Origin: an archaeon GW2011_AR15
GTDB lineage: Archaea > Nanobdellota > Nanobdellia > Woesearchaeales > GW2011-AR15
Assembly (NCBI GenBank): GCA_000830295.1
Contig: CP010425.1
Location: 800,001 to 864,000 of the forward strand
Length of the DNA stretch: 64,000 bases
Direction of reading: 5' to 3'
This document shows, piece by piece, positions 57,703 to 64,000 of this stretch; positions within the stretch are counted from its first letter, which is position 1, and each line of letters opens with the position of its first letter. Position numbers and translations under genes: made by a program. The notes beneath the pieces were generated by a model. It searched no databases and was not told the DNA's origin. It worked only from the letters and a program-made list of their open reading frames with translations.

Positions 57703-57723
57703 TGCACTCCCCCCGGCTTATGA

Positions 57724-58641
57724 TTATTTCCCTGAATTATAAAATTTTCTGACAGAATCTCTTTTCTTATTGATAAATCCCCCTTCCTTTTTTATCTCAG
57801 AGAGAGCTCTGGAAAAATATTTTATGAAGGAAACTCCTCTCCCAAGAAAAATTTTATTTTCTGTTTTTAGTTTTTTTGTGGCTCTGTCATATCCATGCCA
57901 GTTGAACCAGGCGAAATTCATGGCTCCATATATAAACGACTTAGCAATCGCTTTCTTTGTAAATGGGTTGTAGAGGCCAGATTTCTTTGCCAAATCCCCC
58001 AGTTTTTTGTATCCGTAAATGAGGTTCCTGACTTCGAGATAATACCTCTCACTGTAGTCAGTTTTTTCTTTGTTTTTGTGCGTGACCCTGGCATCTTCAA
58101 TATACGATGCTGATAATCCTGCTAATCTGCATCTGATGAAAAAATCGTAATCCTCAAGATAAGTCCCGTAGAATTCATCAAAATTCTCATCCAGCTTTTC
58201 AAGCGCATCTTTTTTTATCAGGAAGCAGCCGCTGATATGCGGATACTGTTTTTCAACCTCAAGAAGAGGGTACATTACCTGCCCGTTTTCATAAATAATT
58301 TTCGGAAAGACTATATCATAATCTTTTATTCCCTTTATCATCGTGGTTATTGTCGTCTTGTTGAGCCACATATCACTGTCTATGAAAAGGAGGATATCAC
58401 CGCCGGAATTCCTTACCCCGTTGTTTCTTGCAGCAGAAGCCCCTTTCGGCAGATTGAACCTTAGAACCCTTACAAGTGGGTATCTCTTGTTTACCTCATT
58501 ATACAGCCCGTCTGTGGAGCCGTCGTCGCAAAGTATTATCTCATAATCATGCTTGTTTATCCCTGCTGATGAATAGATGCTTTCCACAGTATTAAAAATT
58601 ACAGGGGAGTTGCAGTTAGGGATGATTATGCTGAGTTTCAT
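57724..58641 (-). CDS. GT2 glycosyltransferase
   Basis: SIIIP, DDGSTD, GASAARN, FIDSD, FDEFY..YLEDYD. Confidence 0.92.
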   Translation of the reverse strand: MKLSIIIPNCNSPVIFNTVESIYSSAGINKHDYEIILCDDGSTDGLYNEVNKRYPLVRVLRFNLPKGASAARNNGVRNSGGDILLFIDSDMWLNKTTITTMIKGIKDYDIVFPKIIYENGQVMYPLLEVEKQYPHISGCFLIKKDALEKLDENFDEFYGTYLEDYDFFIRCRLAGLSASYIEDARVTHKNKEKTDYSERYYLEVRNLIYGYKKLGDLAKKSGLYNPFTKKAIAKSFIYGAMNFAWFNWHGYDRATKKLKTENKIFLGRGVSFIKYFSRALSEIKKEGGFINKKRDSVRKFYNSGK

Positions 58642-59792
58642 TTTATTCTTCTGTAGTATTCCTCAATTTTTTTTGCCTGCTTTTTGACACCATACTCTCC
58701 GGCAAATTTCTTTGCATAGCTGCTCATTTTATTCAGCTGTTTTTTGTCATTTAAAAGCTCACCTATCTTGTGTGCTACTTCAATCTCTTTCTTTTCCAAA
58801 ACACACCCGTTTTTCCCGTCTATAAATGAGGCAAGGGCATTTCTTTGGTGAGTTAGAGTAATTACAGGTAGTCCGCATCTCATGGCCTCAAATGCAACGA
58901 TGCTAAAGCCTTCAAGCTCTGACAGCAATACAAACAGTTTCGATGATTTCATGTAGCTGTAAACCTGTTTATGGTCTTTTGAAAAGCTCAGAATATCGAC
59001 GTTTTTCTCAAGATCAAGAGTCCGTCTTATTTTTAGTAGTTTAATTGTTTCAGGACCATTTCCTATAATCAGGACTTTTATAACAGGATTGTTTGCTTTC
59101 AGCAATGAGACAATCTTCAGCAAAAGGTCAAAATTCTTGTGCTTCATATGCCTGCCTATTGAAATTAAGTCATATTCTACTTCTGTTTTTTTGGCTTTGT
59201 CTATTTCTTTTGTATCAATCCAGTTCTCTATTGTTGCTATGTTTCTTCCTCCAATCTTCTTTAAATCATCTGCAACAGGCTTAGAAACACAGATATTATT
59301 CTTTGACAGCTTTGCAGCAGCCCTTTCTACAATCTTTCCAAAAAACCCAGTCATCCCAAATCCTGACCAGTATTTGCCCCATATCTCGTGCCAGGTAACA
59401 ACCAGCGGCTCTCTTTTGAGCAGAGAACAAAGCTTGCACGAAAAGGCAGGGAAATACGGGAAAGCAGTAACATCAATTATATCAAAATCATGCTTCATGA
59501 GCTCAAAGAAAAGAGCGAGAGAGTATTTTAGCGGCTCAAATGGTTTTCTTTTCCCTGTAAATTGATATTTTCCCTTATAGCTGGAGACTCCATGGATATA
59601 AAATCTTTCAGTTATCTTCTTAGTCTTTGACCCAGGCCACATCTTCACGCCGAAAAGATGGACTTCATGCCCCATAAGCACAAGCTGCTCTGCAAGGCTG
59701 AAATTCCTGTACTCAGCTCCGCCTATTGAAAAAGGATAGATGAGGTCATAGACAAGAGCAATTCTCATCTGCCTAATCCCTCTTTTCCACAA
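58638..59792 (-). CDS. GT4 glycosyltransferase
   Basis: GGAEYR, TWHE, EGFSIVAFEAMRCGLPVI; true start probably the internal MRIALV. Confidence 0.92.
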   Translation of the reverse strand: MWKRGIRQMRIALVYDLIYPFSIGGAEYRNFSLAEQLVLMGHEVHLFGVKMWPGSKTKKITERFYIHGVSSYKGKYQFTGKRKPFEPLKYSLALFFELMKHDFDIIDVTAFPYFPAFSCKLCSLLKREPLVVTWHEIWGKYWSGFGMTGFFGKIVERAAAKLSKNNICVSKPVADDLKKIGGRNIATIENWIDTKEIDKAKKTEVEYDLISIGRHMKHKNFDLLLKIVSLLKANNPVIKVLIIGNGPETIKLLKIRRTLDLEKNVDILSFSKDHKQVYSYMKSSKLFVLLSELEGFSIVAFEAMRCGLPVITLTHQRNALASFIDGKNGCVLEKKEIEVAHKIGELLNDKKQLNKMSSYAKKFAGEYGVKKQAKKIEEYYRRIK

Positions 59793-60891
59793 GCATCATG
59801 CTTATGAAAAATACCGAGAAGACAGTCTGCACACCTATAATGAACACACTGAGGATGAACAGTATCCATGCAGTATTAAGTGTTGTGAAAAGCCTTTGAA
59901 AGAACAGGAAAAATCCGGCCAGACCTAAAACAACAAGCCCCAATCCAAGAATTATCCCTCGTTCCAGCGGCACCTTTTTTGCTATAAAATCAATTAGTTT
60001 ATCCTCTTTCTCAAACCCAGTATGTATCGCGTATATCTTTGAATAAAGCCCAAGGTTCATCAGCTGGTAGCCAAGCACTGAAAATGACGAGCCAAGTAGG
60101 GACATGTAAATGCTAACGTCCTGTCCGCTGATAAATAATGTTCCTGCCATCATTGCTCCCAGAATAAAGAAACCGGAAAGCAGCAGTAAGAGACCGGGAA
60201 TAAAGAAAAGATAGGTCGGGCTGAACATCAGCATGAACCTCAGATGCCTCCAGCCGTCACTAAAACTCTTTAATTTTGATTCGCCAATTCTTGGAGAATA
60301 GGTTATCGGGACTTCTGTTATATCAAGGTTATTCTTTGCTGCCTTTATGATCATCTCAGAGGCGAATTCCATGCCTGTTGTCTTAAGGTTAAGGAAGAAG
60401 AGATAGTCTTTCCTTATTGCCCTGAATCCTGAATGGGCATCGCTTACTTTTGTCCTGAAAAAAACATTTAATAAAAACGACAGCAATGGGTTTCCTATGT
60501 ACTTATGATGCCAGGGCATTGCCCCTTTCTTGATATTGCCTTTAAGCCTGCTTCCTATAACAAGATCATGGCCGTAGTCCAGCTGCTCTATAAGCAGAGG
60601 TATTTCTGAAAAATCATAGGTGCCGTCAGCATCTCCTATAACAATGTAAGTCCCCTTTGCCTTGTGCATGGCTTCAATAATGGCTATCCCATATCCTTTC
60701 TTATTGTGCCTTACAAGCTTCACTCCATGCCTTTTTGCTATTTCAGGGGAGCTGTCTGTTGATGAGTCAGAGACAATAATCTCGTAATCCAGCCTTTCCC
60801 TGTCAAGGCTTTTCTTTATCTGCCTGATGCAGCCAGCTAAAGTCCTCTCCTCATCCCTGCAGGGCAGGATAACAGATACATTAACCCCCAT
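59773..60891 (-). CDS. GT2 polyprenol-phosphate glycosyltransferase (DPM synthase-like) with C-terminal TMs
   Basis: KGYG, GDADGTYD, VIGSR, DAHSGFRA, MEFASEM, DGWRHL. Confidence 0.9.
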   Translation of the reverse strand: MGVNVSVILPCRDEERTLAGCIRQIKKSLDRERLDYEIIVSDSSTDSSPEIAKRHGVKLVRHNKKGYGIAIIEAMHKAKGTYIVIGDADGTYDFSEIPLLIEQLDYGHDLVIGSRLKGNIKKGAMPWHHKYIGNPLLSFLLNVFFRTKVSDAHSGFRAIRKDYLFFLNLKTTGMEFASEMIIKAAKNNLDITEVPITYSPRIGESKLKSFSDGWRHLRFMLMFSPTYLFFIPGLLLLLSGFFILGAMMAGTLFISGQDVSIYMSLLGSSFSVLGYQLMNLGLYSKIYAIHTGFEKEDKLIDFIAKKVPLERGIILGLGLVVLGLAGFFLFFQRLFTTLNTAWILFILSVFIIGVQTVFSVFFISMMLVEKRD

Positions 60892-60943
60892 AGGCTCCTG
60901 GATTACCCCCTAATATATAAATGTTTGAGAAAAAATAAAACAG

Positions 60944-61927
60944 CTATTTCAGGTCTTTCTTCAGCTTTTCAATAATTTCTACAGGCGTCGGATCCCTGTC
61001 ATACTCCATTGCCAGATAATAGGCAAAGAAAAGGCCCATCCAGATGCTTGAGAAAAGCCTTGCAAGAAGGGTATTCCCTACAAAATTTACCTCAGCAACA
61101 GGGACCTTGTATTCTTTAAGCAGTTTCCTGAATATTCCAATTCTCTTCTTGATTTTTGGGTGGTAGTCATCATAGCTTAATATCAGCGGCTTGAATATCT
61201 CCTGGTTGTACTGGTAGGCGCATATCTCATTGTGGTTGAATTCCGGGAGCACATTATAGAAAGCATGTGTCTTTGCGTTCTCATTTATATCCGTCTTCCA
61301 TTTTTCGGCAATGCAGAAAAATTCCTGGGCAGAATAGATAATCGGGATTTTGTTCCTGTATTTGCCGGCAAGCTCTTTCCCGGTTTTCTCTATACTGCCT
61401 GCTGATGATTCAAGCTCGGCTACGCATTTCTTCACCAGCTCCCCCTGGTCTTCTATTATTCCTGAATAGCTAAGCACATTTAATACAGAAATGAAAAGAT
61501 AAGGAGTAGACAGCCTGGGCTGGATTCCACCGGGAATTGATATGTGGGGATTCTTGTTCAGTTCTGCCAGCTCTTTTAATTTTCCGCCAGAAGATATGCT
61601 TATTATATTGCATCCTCGCCTTATGGCTGTCCTGTAGGCAGAGATGGTTTCTTCTGTATTCCCAGAATATGAAATTGCAAAAATAAGGCTTTTCCGTCCT
61701 ATGAACTTGGGCAGGTTATAATTCTTTACAACATGCACGGGTATTGCGACATCATTCAGATAGGCTTTCAGAAGGTCTCCGGTGTAGCCGCTTCCGCCCA
61801 TCCCTATAACAACTATACTTTCCACAAATTCTTTCTGGAAATTCATGTCCTCTCCCAGCTTGGCAGCGCTTTCAAGCATTGCCGGGAATTTTCTTAGAAC
61901 ATCAATCATATTTTCTTTATCAGCCAT
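60944..61927 (-). CDS. Bifunctional phosphoglucose/phosphomannose isomerase
   Basis: GMGGSG, SYSGNTEET, QPR, WKTDINENAK, PEFNHNE, DPTPV. Confidence 0.92.
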   Translation of the reverse strand: MADKENMIDVLRKFPAMLESAAKLGEDMNFQKEFVESIVVIGMGGSGYTGDLLKAYLNDVAIPVHVVKNYNLPKFIGRKSLIFAISYSGNTEETISAYRTAIRRGCNIISISSGGKLKELAELNKNPHISIPGGIQPRLSTPYLFISVLNVLSYSGIIEDQGELVKKCVAELESSAGSIEKTGKELAGKYRNKIPIIYSAQEFFCIAEKWKTDINENAKTHAFYNVLPEFNHNEICAYQYNQEIFKPLILSYDDYHPKIKKRIGIFRKLLKEYKVPVAEVNFVGNTLLARLFSSIWMGLFFAYYLAMEYDRDPTPVEIIEKLKKDLK

Positions 61928-61945
61928 ATAACCACCAAATCTGCA

Positions 61946-62455
61946 TTATGTTATAAATTTATTCATATTAAGAAAACTGTGTATTTCATTCTTCAATTCT
62001 ACAGCATCGCTCTTCACCATGCCTGCAAAATCTTTTCCAGGAGAGCTGAACAGCATTTTGTCGAAAATTGTTTTTATGAAAACATATTCCGGCCTTGCAT
62101 CCCACTTGCCTCTTATGTCCTGAAGCACAAATGCGTCAACAACAGCGCTCACCCTGCCTTTGTTGAGGGTGACTTCAATCCCGTCAATTTTTTTCTTGAC
62201 ATCCGTCATGTCCCTTATGTCAAGCCAGAGCTGCACTTCAAGCTTGTTTGATTTGACAGGCTTAAAAGGCCTCAGCCTCAGGCTTACCTGCCTGCCTGCC
62301 TTGCTTACCTCCTCCTTGTGGTTTATGACATGCTTTGTATATCCCTTTTTCTTGAAAAAAGAATCTATCATGACTACAAGTTCCGGAAAGCTGAATATCC
62401 CGGTGTAGCTTGTTGACATGCCCTGCGCAACTGTCTGTATTTCATCCCTTATCAT
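61946..62455 (-). CDS. Hypothetical protein, paralog 1 of a tandem triplet
   Basis: YTGIFSFPELVVMIDSFFKKKGY...FLNM pattern shared with the two neighbours. Confidence 0.8.
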   Translation of the reverse strand: MIRDEIQTVAQGMSTSYTGIFSFPELVVMIDSFFKKKGYTKHVINHKEEVSKAGRQVSLRLRPFKPVKSNKLEVQLWLDIRDMTDVKKKIDGIEVTLNKGRVSAVVDAFVLQDIRGKWDARPEYVFIKTIFDKMLFSSPGKDFAGMVKSDAVELKNEIHSFLNMNKFIT

Positions 62456-62457
62456 TT

Positions 62458-62973
62458 TTATTTCTCATATAGGAACCTGTTGAGGTTGAGATAGCTGGAA
62501 AGCTCTGTTTTTAGTTCATTTATGACGTGTTTTGACACATTGTCCCAGTAAGCTATCCTTGCTCTTGCAAGGTATTTTTCATATATGACCTTAAAGAGGA
62601 AATAGAAGGGCTTTGTGTCCGGGAAAAGGCCGAAATACTCAGTCTGGAGAAAAGCATCGAAAGTTATGGAAAGCCTTCCGTGCCCGGTCTTGACTTTGTT
62701 TCCGTCCACCTCAATTTCAGTTTCCTTGTATTCATTCACATAAATCCAGAGCCTTGTCTGCAGCCTGATATAGGAGTCTGTTTTTTTGTAATACTCTGTT
62801 TTCAGGTGGAAATACTTTCCCTTTGCAGTCTGGTATTCCTCATCAAACACAATTTTCTTATCAAAGGCTTTTGTCCTGAAGTATTTGTCAATAATCCTGA
62901 CTAATTCCCTTACGCTGAACAGTCCCTCATAAGTCAGCTGCTCTGCGACAACAGTGCTGTATATTTCAGTCAT
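62458..62973 (-). CDS. Hypothetical protein, paralog 2
   Basis: YEGLFSVRELVRIIDKYFRTKAF...YLNL. Confidence 0.8.
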   Translation of the reverse strand: MTEIYSTVVAEQLTYEGLFSVRELVRIIDKYFRTKAFDKKIVFDEEYQTAKGKYFHLKTEYYKKTDSYIRLQTRLWIYVNEYKETEIEVDGNKVKTGHGRLSITFDAFLQTEYFGLFPDTKPFYFLFKVIYEKYLARARIAYWDNVSKHVINELKTELSSYLNLNRFLYEK

Positions 62974-62996
62974 AGCTTACAACACCTATCATAGTT

Positions 62997-63176
62997 CTAA
63001 TATGCATTTGTAGCACTCTCGGCATCAGCTGGTTACGCTCCCCTAAAAAATCAAAGATTTTTGGGGCCCCGAAAAACAAATCGTTTTTCGAGGGGGTTGG
63101 CACGCAAAACCCAGTGCTATTCAATTTCATTGAACAGCACGCTGTAAAGTTATTAGTAAGCATTTGTAGCACTCTC
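62997..63176 (-). repeat. Duplicated 3' end of the 63153..63668 gene flanking a hairpin-rich insert
   Basis: 17-bp exact repeat at 63004-63020 and 63160-63176; both copies encode ESATNAY-stop. Confidence 0.75.
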
Positions 63177-63668
63177 CATATCCAGGAATTTTTTGACATC
63201 ATTCATGAAGTCATATAGGTAATAATCGAGGTAGTCAAAATACTTCAGCAGGACTTCGTGGTAAAGCACTTTATCCACAAGGAATTTTTCAATTTTCTTC
63301 AGTCCAGGGGATTTTTCAAAATCACCGTCATAATCAAGTATAAACCCCCCGTTTATTATGATTTTCATCCTCCCTTCTGTGAGATGCATCACTTTGTCGT
63401 TTCTCAAAACTTCAACAGGCTTTGCCTCCCATATCCAGACCTCAGGCAGCAGCATAAGCATTGCGTAGAAGCTAATCTTCTTTTTGCCCACCATCTTATG
63501 GATCCTGTAAGGTGGGTAGTCCCATATCTTTGTTTCATAGAAGTCAAAATCATGGTCTTTTATCCACTTGGCCATGTATTTATACAGGCCGTCAAAGTCA
63601 AAGATTCCCTTGTACTTGATAGTCCTGTGAAACCCGTATTTACTGTAATCTGCAAGTCCCGTGTACAT
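63153..63668 (-). CDS. Hypothetical protein, paralog 3
   Basis: YKGIFDFDGLYKYMAKWIKDHDF...FLDM. Confidence 0.8.
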   Translation of the reverse strand: MYTGLADYSKYGFHRTIKYKGIFDFDGLYKYMAKWIKDHDFDFYETKIWDYPPYRIHKMVGKKKISFYAMLMLLPEVWIWEAKPVEVLRNDKVMHLTEGRMKIIINGGFILDYDGDFEKSPGLKKIEKFLVDKVLYHEVLLKYFDYLDYYLYDFMNDVKKFLDMESATNAY

Positions 63669-63785
63669 TTCAGTATATAAATAAGTATACTGGTTTATTA
63701 AATTTTTCTTTTATAGGGAAATTTAATATTCAAAAATCTCCTGATTTTTGTTTTATATAATTTTTGCTTTATCTTCGTGAATACT

Positions 63786-63966
63786 AGAATCAATGGTAGG
63801 TTGTCCTGCTTCCAAGCTGATATCTTGTCATCTGCCTTATACCGCATCAAGCCTTTAATAAGCCTTGAGGGAAACATATTAAGGACTACATTACTGCGTA
63901 AGTAGTCCGAAGAATCAATGATAAGTTGTCCTGCTTCCAAGCTGATATCTTGTCATCTGCCTTATA
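63786..63966. repeat. 56-bp direct repeat (63786-63841 and 63911-63966, 2 mismatches) duplicating a gene 3' end
   Basis: Direct alignment at offset 125; mismatches at 63796/63921 and 63799/63924. Confidence 0.9.
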
Positions 63967-64000
63967 TCCATCTCGCCTTTTTCAGGATGGAGTATGTGCA
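63915..64000 (-). CDS. C-terminal fragment of a gene running in from beyond the window
   Basis: Open frame HILHPEKGEMDIRQMTRYQLGSRTTYH-TGA; synonymous-only differences in the duplicate support this frame. Confidence 0.6.
   Translation of the reverse strand, partial: HILHPEKGEMDIRQMTRYQLGSRTTYH

Noticed and set aside
62966-63202. 78-aa ORF spanning the hairpin insert
   Set aside because: Overlaps a real gene out of frame and runs through palindromic DNA; likely spurious
464-63680. Numerous 60-170 aa ORFs antisense to or nested in long genes
   Set aside because: Shadow ORFs of well-supported CDSs, with no motifs or independent expression signals
63698-63940. 80-aa ORF across the direct repeat
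   Set aside because: Reads the repeat in frames other than the one preserved by synonymous changes; no recognisable features
63786-63966. Diversity-generating retroelement TR/VR pair (both mismatches are A versus G on the plus strand)
   Set aside because: Only two mismatches, both silent third-position changes (T/C on the coding strand); the repeat is short and no reverse transcriptase is in the window
63786-64000. CRISPR array
   Set aside because: Only two copies, 56 bp long, matching coding sequence; no cas genes

Overview
Archaeal chromosome segment, most consistent with a DPANN/Woesearchaeota-like organism (inferred from archaeal TATA boxes, class III signal-peptide pilins, archaeal SepF, PGI/PMI and a bacterial-type DnaJ). 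Left part (1-13.6 kb): dnaJ, a TctA-family permease, sepF and a type IV pilus operon (ATPase, two platform proteins, four class III prepilins plus one accessory membrane protein, a Cys-rich adhesin-like protein), headed by an RHH regulator missing from the ORF track. Middle (13.7-61.9 kb): a very large surface-glycan biosynthesis and tailoring locus. It has GT2/GT4/GT-C glycosyltransferases, Wzm/Wzt, two asparagine-synthase-like proteins, a carbamoyltransferase, CysD, an arylsulfotransferase, three alkaline-phosphatase-superfamily enzymes and 11 radical SAM genes with 13 radical SAM domains; 7 of these are cobalamin-binding modules, three of them fused in one protein. Right end: three tandem paralogous hypothetical genes and two duplicated gene 3' ends flanking hairpin-containing inserts. 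Two genes have conserved N-termini without any ATG/GTG/TTG start, suggesting ATT/ATC initiation or frameshifting. No rRNA, tRNA, CRISPR array or transposase was seen. All functional calls come from motif recognition by eye, not database searches.
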